The position numbers were made by a program, and so were the translations under genes. Below, one piece after another: positions 8,622 through 17,004 of a stretch of DNA of 27,308 nucleotides. Under the pieces are notes generated by a model. It worked only from the letters and a program-made list of their open reading frames with translations. It did not search any database and was not told the origin of the DNA. This DNA comes from a virus. Taxonomy: Duplodnaviria > Caudoviricetes. The stretch is from positions 1-27,308 of IMG/VR virus record IMGVR_UViG_3300031578_009556; one strand, 5' to 3'. Every line of letters starts with the position of its first letter. The stretch's first letter is position 1.

Positions 8622-9264
8622 AGATGCCATGAAAATCCTCAAAATAAAGTCTTATCCTTTTTCACCAGAGAAATTAAGTAAAAACTTCCGAATCCTTATA
8701 AAAGTCAACCACCCAGACGTCAGCAATGATCCAAAAACGGCCAATGAAAAAACGCGCCAGATCATAGAGTCCTACAAACATCTCAAAAACCTGGCCATCT
8801 CATTTATATCTGGAGATGAGATAAAAGCAGCACATCAGAGATTCGAAGAAGACAAAAACATGTTTTCCTTATGGGATATCTGCCCAGATTGTAAAGGAGC
8901 AGGCAAAATAGTGAGGATAAGACATCTATTCGATTATGAAGGCTGTCCAAACTGTGACCCTCTTCCTTCTAGAGGTTTATTCAGATTTCTTTTTGAAGCA
9001 AGAGGCTCTGGAAGGAAAACATTGAAATGCAATGCCTGCAAAGGAACAGGAAAGTTTAAACAGAAGAGTGGAAGAATAGTAGATTGTTATAAATGTAACG
9101 GATCTGGCGTTTTCAGGATTGTAAGGTGCAACGTTTGCGGAGGAACCGGACAAGTGCCAAGCACCAAAAGGATAGAAGAAGCCTGTGACAAATGCAAAGG
9201 GCTAGGCAAAATTGAACTTAACCTTTTTAACCCCGTTATCAAAAAAGGGGCAATTCTATTTTAA
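8593..9264 (+). CDS. J-domain protein with DnaJ-type zinc fingers
   Basis: HPD motif in a helical N-terminus; five CxxCxGxG repeats plus one CPNC. Confidence 0.85.
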   Translation: MRISIGGKTEDAMKILKIKSYPFSPEKLSKNFRILIKVNHPDVSNDPKTANEKTRQIIESYKHLKNLAISFISGDEIKAAHQRFEEDKNMFSLWDICPDCKGAGKIVRIRHLFDYEGCPNCDPLPSRGLFRFLFEARGSGRKTLKCNACKGTGKFKQKSGRIVDCYKCNGSGVFRIVRCNVCGGTGQVPSTKRIEEACDKCKGLGKIELNLFNPVIKKGAILF

Positions 9265-9281
9265 AGAAAGGAGACAACTAA

Positions 9282-9815
9282 ATGACCATGCATAATTACA
9301 CTGATTACCAGGCCATGATCTTGAAATTAGCCCACATCTGGACAAACAAAGGAAATGGAAGAATCGAATTTGAAGAATTGGTTGCAGAAGGGAATCTTGC
9401 CTTTTGTATTGCTGATCAAAAATTCAGACCGGACAACGGAAATCAATTCTCAACCTACCTTTACACTGTTGCCAGCAATGCCATGTGCGATCTTGCCATG
9501 GGCAACTGGCGCAAGATGCAATTTGAATCATCAACAGAAGAAATAGACGTTCTCACCCTTCCTGATTCACAGACCCCAGAGACACAAACACGACTCAAAC
9601 AGTGGACTGAGAGCCTGTCAAAAGAAAGCCAATTCCTGATCAAATTAGTATGGGAGACCCCCGGAGAGATAGTTCAATGGGCACAAGAGGAAACATATCA
9701 CCCCAGAAACACACAAGATCGATTAGCGCGTTACTTACGTGGCTTAAATTGGAAGTGGGCTGATATACAATTCTGCTTCCAAGAGATTAAGGAAGCATTG
9801 AAGGAGGGAATATGA
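9282..9815 (+). CDS. Sigma-factor-like protein (region 2 clear, divergent C-terminus)
   Basis: MILKLAH...IEFEELVAEGNLAFCIADQKFRPDNGNQFSTYLY matches sigma-70 region 2. Confidence 0.75.
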   Translation: MTMHNYTDYQAMILKLAHIWTNKGNGRIEFEELVAEGNLAFCIADQKFRPDNGNQFSTYLYTVASNAMCDLAMGNWRKMQFESSTEEIDVLTLPDSQTPETQTRLKQWTESLSKESQFLIKLVWETPGEIVQWAQEETYHPRNTQDRLARYLRGLNWKWADIQFCFQEIKEALKEGI

Positions 9816-10141
9816 GAATCTTTAAAAACAAATATTACATACTGCAAAGCATCCCTGGCATATCAGGTTTTCGACGTTGGAATGAAAGAGAATATCGTGT
9901 TTGCACTGGGCATAAAGCCCAATTACACAAACTACATATTGTAAAAGAATTCAGAGAAAATGGCAGGGGCAAATTTTTACTGGGGGATGGCCACTTACCA
10001 GAATATCAACCTCAAGCTAGAGAAAAAGAGATTATTCCTTGGCTTGATAAACAACGATATTCAACAGCGTTCATTCTAAACCCTGAAGTCTACGGCCTTC
10101 AAACAGTAATCGATAATAATCAAATAAAGGAGGGAATATAA
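9812..10141 (+). CDS. Hypothetical protein, paralog B of 6801-7106
   Basis: GGAGG RBS, ATGA overlap; 62/98 aa identical to paralog A. Confidence 0.9.
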   Translation: MRIFKNKYYILQSIPGISGFRRWNEREYRVCTGHKAQLHKLHIVKEFRENGRGKFLLGDGHLPEYQPQAREKEIIPWLDKQRYSTAFILNPEVYGLQTVIDNNQIKEGI

Positions 10142-10142
10142 A

Positions 10143-10318
10143 ATGATAGTAAAAGAAATGATAGGAGATGTTAAAAATCTCGTTATCTATTATGAAGGAA
10201 CTGGCGATCCAAAGATGATCACGAAATCATAGGAATTGCTTTTATAAGGTCTGGTGAAAACGGAGAAACCAGAATCGGCAACCATGAAAAAATGGAAAGA
10301 TGGGAAAAGAGCGATTGA
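10143..10318 (+). pseudogene. Possible small gene split by a 1-nt frameshift near 10211
   Basis: The ATG 10143 frame stops at 10232; the -1 frame continues DDHEIIGIAFIRSGENGETRIG... to TGA 10316-10318 with no start in its 5' part. Confidence 0.35.
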
Positions 10319-10362
10319 AGCAGATAAGAAACTACTAACCTTAAAAAAAAGGAGTATAAGAA

Positions 10363-10533
10363 ATGAAGTGCAAAATATGCCATGATAAACTCGATCCAGA
10401 GCATCCGGATTCTATTCGAGGACTCTCGCCCCTCACTTTCAGAGAGGCATGGATGCATTACAATTGTTACAAGGACGCATATCAAGAACTTTCAGAAGAT
10501 AAAAAGGATCGCTATGATCAAAAAAGTGCATAA
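10363..10533 (+). CDS. Small zinc-finger protein (56 aa, not in track)
   Basis: AGGAG RBS; MKCKICHDKL...WMHYNCY (CxxC...HxxC). Confidence 0.7.
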   Translation: MKCKICHDKLDPEHPDSIRGLSPLTFREAWMHYNCYKDAYQELSEDKKDRYDQKSA

Positions 10534-10578
10534 TGATAAAACCAAACCAAAAAAACACAAACCAGAAGGAGAAAGAAA

Positions 10579-11244
10579 ATGAAAATTGACATTGATGTTC
10601 CCGATGGGAAAAGTGGTGATTGGAGCATTGAATCCTTTACCGTTTCCCAAAAAGATGAAGAATTAGGCCGCATGCGTGCCCTATTTAGCTTTAGCAACCG
10701 AGGACGTTATGTCCCGGCAGGAACGTATAAAGCGCTCAAAAGAAACAATGAAATTATTATGTCCAATACTCCTGATGAAATTTCAGACTGTTTAGATTTT
10801 ATTCGGAAAGCCCGGAAAAGCAAAAACATCCTTATCAATGGCCTCGGTTTAGGAGTTGTTCTTAAAGCTATCCTTGACAACGAAATAGTAGAAAATGTGA
10901 CAGTAATTGAAAAATCGTTTGATGTAATTACTTTGGTTGCCCCATCATTTGCAAATAAAAAAGTAACAATAATTCATGCAGATGCTTTTAATTGGAAACC
11001 GCCCAAAGGAATTAAATACGATTGTGTCTGGCATGATATCTGGGATTATATTTGTGCAGACAATCTTGAAGACATGAAAAAACTGCATCGCAAATATGGA
11101 AAGAGAACTATTTGGCAGGCTTCATGGTGCAGATATGAATGTGAAAGGAAAATAGATAGAAGAAACAATTTTAAATTTCAACCGTTTTTCAGTATAATAA
11201 GGAAGAGAGGAAAAATAATATGGCCTTACATAAAGGAGAGCTAA
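10579..11244 (+). CDS. Class I SAM-dependent methyltransferase / spermidine-synthase-like protein
   Basis: ILINGLGLG, VTVIEKS, IHADAF and YDCVWHDIW Rossmann motifs. Confidence 0.8.
   Translation: MKIDIDVPDGKSGDWSIESFTVSQKDEELGRMRALFSFSNRGRYVPAGTYKALKRNNEIIMSNTPDEISDCLDFIRKARKSKNILINGLGLGVVLKAILDNEIVENVTVIEKSFDVITLVAPSFANKKVTIIHADAFNWKPPKGIKYDCVWHDIWDYICADNLEDMKKLHRKYGKRTIWQASWCRYECERKIDRRNNFKFQPFFSIIRKRGKIIWPYIKES
11175..11201 (+). promoter_or_regulatory. Conserved promoter-like motif, copy 1
   Basis: ATTTCAACCGTTTTTCAGTATAATAAG; 24/27 identical to 25552-25578; contains TATAAT and is followed by an RBS and ATG 11220. Confidence 0.6.
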
Positions 11245-11450
11245 ACTACATGGGACAGTGCTTCACTCTCTATACTCATACAAGCAAGAGTCCCATAAAC
11301 AATTTTTCTTATCAAATAGCTAAAAAGCTATACCCTAATACCACTCCTCAAGAATTAAAAGTTGCATCTAGGCCCATAAAGATGCATCTGTTGGATGGGT
11401 TCGACAGGCACCGAATAACCAAAGTAAAGGAGAAACGAAATGACAACTAA
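11220..11450 (+). CDS. Hypothetical protein
   Basis: GAGG RBS; in the operon orientation. Confidence 0.6.
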   Translation: MALHKGELNYMGQCFTLYTHTSKSPINNFSYQIAKKLYPNTTPQELKVASRPIKMHLLDGFDRHRITKVKEKRNDN

Positions 11451-11637
11451 TAAACAATTTATTGCCCATAAAGGATTTATCGATGCCTGTCGTAATGCAG
11501 GCATTCCAACAACAACCAGGCAAGCAAGCAAGTTCCAAATGCAAAAAGGACTCGCCTTCAAAGTATCAACTGGAAAAGCCAAAGTCTTGAAGAATTCAGA
11601 TGGAAAATTCATCAAAATTACAAATCAAATATTATGA
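11440..11637 (+). CDS. Small basic phage hypothetical protein
   Basis: AGGAG RBS; FIDACRNAGIPTTTRQASKF..KGLAF. Confidence 0.75.
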   Translation: MTTNKQFIAHKGFIDACRNAGIPTTTRQASKFQMQKGLAFKVSTGKAKVLKNSDGKFIKITNQIL

Positions 11638-13004
11638 CATTAACCCTCACAATAAAAAACCAAATTAAGATTCCATACGTCAATGAGCCATTAGATGAAT
11701 TTCTCTATAGCTCATTGACAATGCTCAACCCGAAGTGGCTGGAAAATGAGAGAATGAAACGATGGAATCGGGATACTCCAAGAAAACTCTACTTCTATAA
11801 TGAAGAAGGGGAAAATGATCTTTTTGTGCCCAGGGGTTTTTTAAAAGGCATCGTTGAATATTGTGATGAAAACCAAATTGAATTTGAAATTAATAATCAA
11901 ACCCACATATTCGAAGACATAAATTTTGATTTTTCTGGTGTCCTTCGCCCCTTCCAAGAAATCGCAGTTGAAAAAATGCTGCCTGAAAACGAAGGAGTAT
12001 TATGTGCGCCAACTGGATCAGGCAAAACAGTTATTGGAATTTACATGATTGCAAAGAGAAAACAGCCCACCCTCATAATCGTCCACACAAAAGAATTACT
12101 TGATCAGTGGACGGACAGGATCAAAACCTTCCTGAACGTCTCCAGTAAAAGAATTGGTCATATAGGCAACGGATACCTTGATGAAGATAAGGACATAACC
12201 ATTGCCCTGATCCAAACCCTGAGTAAATACCCTGAGATCGTAAACGATTATGGATTTTTGATAATTGATGAGTGTCACCACACACCGAGTCGAACGTTCA
12301 CGGCAGCAACAAAACTTTTTGAAGGAAGATATATTCTTGGTCTATCTGCCACGCCTTACAGGAGGGATGGCCTTTCCAAAATCATAGAATGGTATTCAGG
12401 CCCAATCAGGCACAAGATCGATCCACGAGACTTGATAAACAGCGGCCACATTACCTCTGTTGAAACAGTAATCAGGAAAACAAATTTCATTGCCTCAATG
12501 CCAGACCCCTCAGCAGAATATTCTACGCTGCTACAAGAATTATCTCAAAATGAGGAACGCAACCAGATGATTGTCAGTGACGTATTAACTACCGTTGCAA
12601 TGGGAGAAACTTGCCTTGTGCTAACAGATAGAAAAGCCCATTGCCAGGAATTGAAAGATATGGTCCAGGCAAAATCTAAAATCAAAACAGAAGTTCTGAC
12701 AGGGGATGTTCCTGCCGAGCCAAGAAAAAGGATCGTTGAAGATATAAATTCAGGCAAGATAAAGGTCTTGATCGCAACTTCTCAACTTATCGGCGAAGGA
12801 TTCGACTGCAAAAAACTATCGGCTTTATTTTTAACATTGCCAATAAGGTTCCCTGGCCGGGTCATTCAATATTTGGGAAGGGTATTGCGGCCAGCCAAAA
12901 ACAAAGACCGGGCACTTGTGTTTGATTATTTCGATCAGAATGTTCGTGTTTTATATGCAGGAATGAAAGCCCGGAAAAGGGAATATGAAAAATTAACAAT
13001 TTAA
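11634..13004 (+). CDS. SF2 DEAD/DEAH-box helicase (ResIII/UvsW-like)
   Basis: LRPFQ, APTGSGKT, DECHH, LSAT, EGFD and QYLGRVLR motifs. Confidence 0.92.
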   Translation: MTLTLTIKNQIKIPYVNEPLDEFLYSSLTMLNPKWLENERMKRWNRDTPRKLYFYNEEGENDLFVPRGFLKGIVEYCDENQIEFEINNQTHIFEDINFDFSGVLRPFQEIAVEKMLPENEGVLCAPTGSGKTVIGIYMIAKRKQPTLIIVHTKELLDQWTDRIKTFLNVSSKRIGHIGNGYLDEDKDITIALIQTLSKYPEIVNDYGFLIIDECHHTPSRTFTAATKLFEGRYILGLSATPYRRDGLSKIIEWYSGPIRHKIDPRDLINSGHITSVETVIRKTNFIASMPDPSAEYSTLLQELSQNEERNQMIVSDVLTTVAMGETCLVLTDRKAHCQELKDMVQAKSKIKTEVLTGDVPAEPRKRIVEDINSGKIKVLIATSQLIGEGFDCKKLSALFLTLPIRFPGRVIQYLGRVLRPAKNKDRALVFDYFDQNVRVLYAGMKARKREYEKLTI

Positions 13005-13016
13005 AGGGAGAAGGAA

Positions 13017-13256
13017 ATGGAAAAAATTATCACTAAATTTCATGAAAACAAATCACACTCAAGAGAATTTAATCAAACATTTAACACCAATCTCTCCAAT
13101 TTTCTTAATCCTCTAACTGGATTTGACATTATTGCCTTTGATGACCGTCTTAAAAATCAATATGGAAACTATGAGGATGGTAAAACAAGCATGTCAGATT
13201 TCATCAAGAAAAAGTTTGGTGAAAATGCAATCAAACTGATAGATAAACTGATTTAA
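13017..13256 (+). CDS. Hypothetical protein
   Basis: GGAG RBS; 79 aa. Confidence 0.75.
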   Translation: MEKIITKFHENKSHSREFNQTFNTNLSNFLNPLTGFDIIAFDDRLKNQYGNYEDGKTSMSDFIKKKFGENAIKLIDKLI

Positions 13257-13289
13257 ACAAAGAACAAAAACATTTAAAAGGAGGAAGAA

Positions 13290-13481
13290 ATGGAAGCAAA
13301 TATTAAAATTTATGATGAAGATGTTTATGATTTGTTGAACAAAATAGATCAGCACTGTCGAGAAGTAGATAAAGGAAAATATGGTCTCCCTCCTAAAGAT
13401 AATGCAATCAAAAGTATTGTTTACCACTGGCTTTATCAAAAAAATCAAAAAAAAATAACCCAAATCTCTTCTGGATTATAA
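13290..13481 (+). CDS. Hypothetical protein
   Basis: AGGAGG RBS; 63 aa. Confidence 0.7.
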   Translation: MEANIKIYDEDVYDLLNKIDQHCREVDKGKYGLPPKDNAIKSIVYHWLYQKNQKKITQISSGL

Positions 13482-13525
13482 AATGTCATTCAATGCCAAG
13501 CAATTTAAAAAAAGGAGACCTCAAC

Positions 13526-13906
13526 ATGGAAAATTTTGATAGACATATATTTCTATATGCAAAAGGGCACTACAAAAAAACCAATGCAATAGAGGATATG
13601 AAGAAAATCTTAGGTAAAAGAAGCGGTCTTTCTCCAGAGCATATTTCTGATGAAGATATAAATTATGTTCTCCTTGACCTCATTTATTCTTACACCAAGA
13701 AAAAAGATTCTTTCATCCGTTTCATTTTTACCCTCCACCCGCACAATGCATGGGAGCACGGTTGCCCAATAAAAGCATCATACGATTTTGAAAAAGTTTT
13801 AATCAGCGCTTGTTTATCAGTGCTAAGGTTTCAAGATATAAAAGATATTCCTTTTGGCCTCGGAAGACCAGATCCAACCATCTTGCCACTAACAAAGAAG
13901 AACTAA
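13526..13906 (+). CDS. Hypothetical protein (start re-called at ATG 13526)
   Basis: AGGAG RBS before ATG 13526; ends 1 nt before the primase start. Confidence 0.75.
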   Translation: MENFDRHIFLYAKGHYKKTNAIEDMKKILGKRSGLSPEHISDEDINYVLLDLIYSYTKKKDSFIRFIFTLHPHNAWEHGCPIKASYDFEKVLISACLSVLRFQDIKDIPFGLGRPDPTILPLTKKN

Positions 13907-13907
13907 A

Positions 13908-14798
13908 ATGCCATTTAATGCCCAACAGTTTTGTGCAGATCATAATCTCCCCACTGCCCCTGCCGGACACCAGCACTTCCGGCAGGGCTGGGTCAACATA
14001 AAATGCCCTTTTTGCAGTGGCTCCCCCGGCTGGCATCTCGGTTTGAATATTGAAAAGGCATATTGCACCTGTTACCGTTGTGGAGGCCACTGGTTACCCA
14101 AAGTCGTTTCAACTATACTTAAAATATCCATCAGTCAGGCAAATGCTGCTCTCAAACCCTATCTATCCGGGGAACAAACATACGAATTCAGGGAAAAACA
14201 CTATGCAGAGAAAATCACATACCCTCCAGACACAGGCCCCATGACCCCCAGGCAAAGGGCATATCTAGAAAGCCGTAACTTTGACCCAGACAAACTTGAA
14301 CAAGAATGGAGCCTACTTGGAGTTGGCAATTTTGGAACATACAAAAATCGAATTCTTGCCCCAATATACCTGCATAACCAATTGATCAGTTATCAGACAA
14401 GAGATATAACTGGTAAACAACATGCAAAATACATGGCCTGTCCCGAAGATGAAGAAGTCTATTGCCACAAATATACATTATATGGAATCGATAATTGCCA
14501 TAGCAAAACTGTAATTGTTGCTGAGGGAATGTTTGATGTGTGGAGATTAGGATTTGGTGCAGTGGGAACTTTTGGAATTAATTATTCACCACAGCAAATC
14601 TTAATGCTTGCACATCAATTTGATCGAATATTTGTCTTTTATGACAATGATGAACAAGGGCAACAAAAAGCAAATGAGATGGCAGAAGATCTGTACAAAT
14701 TTGGAAAGGAATGTGAGATCATCACAAATCCAAATGGAGATCCCGCAGATATGAAAGAAAAAGATGCAAACAATTTAATGAAGGAGATCGGATTATGA
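13908..14798 (+). CDS. DNA primase (zinc finger + TOPRIM)
   Basis: CPFC...CYRC zinc finger; IVAEGMFD and YDND TOPRIM motifs; GDPAD. Confidence 0.9.
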   Translation: MPFNAQQFCADHNLPTAPAGHQHFRQGWVNIKCPFCSGSPGWHLGLNIEKAYCTCYRCGGHWLPKVVSTILKISISQANAALKPYLSGEQTYEFREKHYAEKITYPPDTGPMTPRQRAYLESRNFDPDKLEQEWSLLGVGNFGTYKNRILAPIYLHNQLISYQTRDITGKQHAKYMACPEDEEVYCHKYTLYGIDNCHSKTVIVAEGMFDVWRLGFGAVGTFGINYSPQQILMLAHQFDRIFVFYDNDEQGQQKANEMAEDLYKFGKECEIITNPNGDPADMKEKDANNLMKEIGL

Positions 14799-15472
14799 GA
14801 ATAAATAGAAAAACAATAGTTATTTTGACCATGACATTTTTATTAATTTTAGGATTTTCAATCAAGAATGCCCAAGGCAAAGGAAAAGGTTTTCTTGACT
14901 TAATTCGGCAAATTGATAACAGAGAATCAAGAGATAAAATAGTAGGCCAAACCTACATGTGCGGAGGCAATACCGACTGCGTAGGATATTTCACACTAAT
15001 TCAATTTTACGAGCCGGATTCCCTCATCTTTTCCTATATTATCCCATCCTATACCTATTATAGATCAAGGCGAGGGTCACGAGGAATAAGGCTCCCTCCT
15101 AATATCAATGATCCCAACTATACACGTCGACAATGCGACGGAGTATTTCCAGATGGAACTCTTATAATGATGAAAGTCCCAAAAGAGATGTTTGAAAAGG
15201 CAAGAAATCAATCCTCAGCAATCGGCGAGACTAAAATACACCAAATCAACTGGTGCAAAGAATTTGAAGCCAAGTGGGACATTGACATAGACACACAAGT
15301 TTTTCTTAGTGATCTTTACGTAGTGAAAGATATCATCAAGATGAAAAAAACAGATGGATCTATCATAGTAGTACCAGTAATAGAGCATTATAAATTCGGG
15401 GCTACACCAGAACAACTTGAATGGCTCAGAAACATTGGAATAAAATGGAATGAGTGGAGAAAGAATCAATAG
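14795..15472 (+). CDS. Hypothetical exported or membrane-anchored protein
   Basis: Basic N-terminus plus hydrophobic stretch (TIVILTMTFLLILGFSI) then KNAQG, like a signal peptide; ATGA overlap. Confidence 0.7.
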   Translation: MRINRKTIVILTMTFLLILGFSIKNAQGKGKGFLDLIRQIDNRESRDKIVGQTYMCGGNTDCVGYFTLIQFYEPDSLIFSYIIPSYTYYRSRRGSRGIRLPPNINDPNYTRRQCDGVFPDGTLIMMKVPKEMFEKARNQSSAIGETKIHQINWCKEFEAKWDIDIDTQVFLSDLYVVKDIIKMKKTDGSIIVVPVIEHYKFGATPEQLEWLRNIGIKWNEWRKNQ

Positions 15473-15502
15473 AAATTTATTTAAAAAAAATAATTTTTTT
15501 CC

Positions 15503-15531
15503 TTGACCTTTTTTTAAATTTATTTTATAAA
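15503..15531 (+). promoter_or_regulatory. Sigma-70-type promoter upstream of the initiator leader
   Basis: TTGACC (15503-15508), 17-nt spacer, TATAAA (15526-15531), preceded by A/T tracts. Confidence 0.55.
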
Positions 15532-15580
15532 GTAAAAGATACGAAGCGAAAAGGCTCCCTGCTTTCTCCTTTCGTGATAT

Positions 15581-15651
15581 GGCTGCCATGTGGGCCAACA
15601 TGGTTTCCGGGGGTGAGTACCTTGTCTACTCACCCTCAGCCCTTTTCTTTT
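15581..15651 (+). ncRNA. Structured leader RNA (three-way junction, C4/CI-antisense-like architecture)
   Basis: GGCTG/CAGCC closing stem, CCATGT/ACATGG hairpin, GGGGTGAGTA/TACTCACCCT hairpin, then a U-rich tail. Confidence 0.6.
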
Positions 15652-15679
15652 AACCTTTGACAAGGGGAGGTGCCAAAAA

Positions 15680-16978
15680 TTGGCTGAATATGATATCAAA
15701 AATGAGCCTATTGTTGTCTCAAAACTTCTTCTAGACATTTTCTTAAACCCCAAATCAATTAAATACCATAAATCAAATTATCCTGCTGATCTAATTTCTC
15801 TTTATATTTTCTACTATTATACAGCAAAATGGCAAAAGACAAACTCCGTCCGGGCAACAACAGAATATGTTGCAAAAGGATTAAAGTGGTCTGCTGATCG
15901 AGTTCGTCAAAGAAAAAAAGAGCTAATAGCACTCGGTTTGATAGAAGATCGTATTTCAAAGGACCCAGAAACCAAACAGATCAAGGGACATTATGTTTTA
16001 GTCAAATTCATCTGGAGCCATAATACAATTGATTCCCAGACTCTGGAAAAGCCTGAGTCTGGGAAGACCCCTAGTCTGGAAAATCATGAGGGAAATGCTT
16101 TAAGTAATAATAATAGAAATGCTCTGAAGGTTACTTTAGTAACCTTAACGGATTCTTGCGAATCCGAACAAGGATTATTAAACTCTTCAGGTAATGAACC
16201 TCTCATATTAGAATCAAAGAAAATCCCTCCCAACTCCCTTCAATATAATCTCCTCAACTTTTGGAACAATCTTCCAGGCATCCCCACCAAACATGTCAAA
16301 CCCAATACCAAAGTGCGGTTAACCGCAGCAAGGTATTTTACCCAACTTGCCTCTGGTCGCTTTGCTGATGGCAAGAAATTTAAACCAGGTTTTTTCAACG
16401 AACATAAACTTTCCTCATCTATACTTGCTAAGCAATGGACAAGGGAAGAGATAAAGTCAGGGCTAAAAAGACTTAGTAACATTTTCATTGAGGGGTATTG
16501 GCCCCGGAACAAAGATACCTTGCCAAAGGATCTTGCAACCCTACTTTATAACCCCGGCAATCAAAATAGCTGGTTTCTGATGGTCATAGGACAGGAGCCA
16601 GAGCTATTGGATAACTCTGTCAATTTTAAACCCGAAAACCATAAAGCAGCAAAACAACACCCGGATATCATCTGGCAGATAATAAAGCAGTTCCAGGACA
16701 AGCAAGTTTTTGATCATGATATAACTGCAAAGACAATGGATGAAATCAATTCAATAATCGAGTATCACTCGCATATGGACTTCTCCAATAACATGGCAAA
16801 TTATAGGTGGGGCAACCTGCGACAGATGATTGATGACTTCTGTAATTTTATTATTTCTAAATCTTACCTAGAAAACAGTATAATAAATATATCAGCAGAA
16901 GGAAAACTTTTTCAGGCCTTTATTGACGAATGCGAGGATGAATTGTATGGACGGGCAAGATTGAGGCCGAAGGGATAA
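15680..16978 (+). CDS. Putative phage replication initiator (N-terminal winged HTH)
   Basis: TTG start after GGGGAGG; ATTEYVAKGLKWSADRVRQRKKELIALGLIE HTH; repeat-containing linker; located between primase and DnaB. Confidence 0.7.
   Translation: MAEYDIKNEPIVVSKLLLDIFLNPKSIKYHKSNYPADLISLYIFYYYTAKWQKTNSVRATTEYVAKGLKWSADRVRQRKKELIALGLIEDRISKDPETKQIKGHYVLVKFIWSHNTIDSQTLEKPESGKTPSLENHEGNALSNNNRNALKVTLVTLTDSCESEQGLLNSSGNEPLILESKKIPPNSLQYNLLNFWNNLPGIPTKHVKPNTKVRLTAARYFTQLASGRFADGKKFKPGFFNEHKLSSSILAKQWTREEIKSGLKRLSNIFIEGYWPRNKDTLPKDLATLLYNPGNQNSWFLMVIGQEPELLDNSVNFKPENHKAAKQHPDIIWQIIKQFQDKQVFDHDITAKTMDEINSIIEYHSHMDFSNNMANYRWGNLRQMIDDFCNFIISKSYLENSIINISAEGKLFQAFIDECEDELYGRARLRPKG
16033..16166. repeat. 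Iteron/palindrome block inside the initiator gene (candidate origin)
   Basis: TCTGGRAA at 16042, 16058 and 16075; perfect inverted repeats 16033-16043/16055-16065, 16127-16135/16138-16146 and 16149-16155/16160-16166; AT-rich tract between. Confidence 0.6.
16941..16971 (+). repeat. 31-bp direct repeat, copy 1 (3' end of initiator)
   Basis: AATTGTATGGACGGGCAAGATTGAGGCCGAA; 29/31 identical to 18639-18669. Confidence 0.9.
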
Positions 16979-17004
16979 AATAATATAAAAGAAGGAGAAA
17001 AATT

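Noticed and set aside
11608-11670. FIKITNQIL versus TLTIKNQIK similarity at the SF2 helicase start
   Set aside because: Too short and low in complexity to distinguish from chance.
12999-13295. 21/24 direct repeat (12999-13022/13272-13295) flanking the 13017 gene
   Set aside because: It consists mostly of A-rich SD-plus-ATG sequence, so convergence is sufficient; not counted as an insertion scar.
15454-15660. 68-aa ORF across the initiator leader
   Set aside because: It runs through A/T tracts, the promoter and RNA stems; better explained as non-coding.
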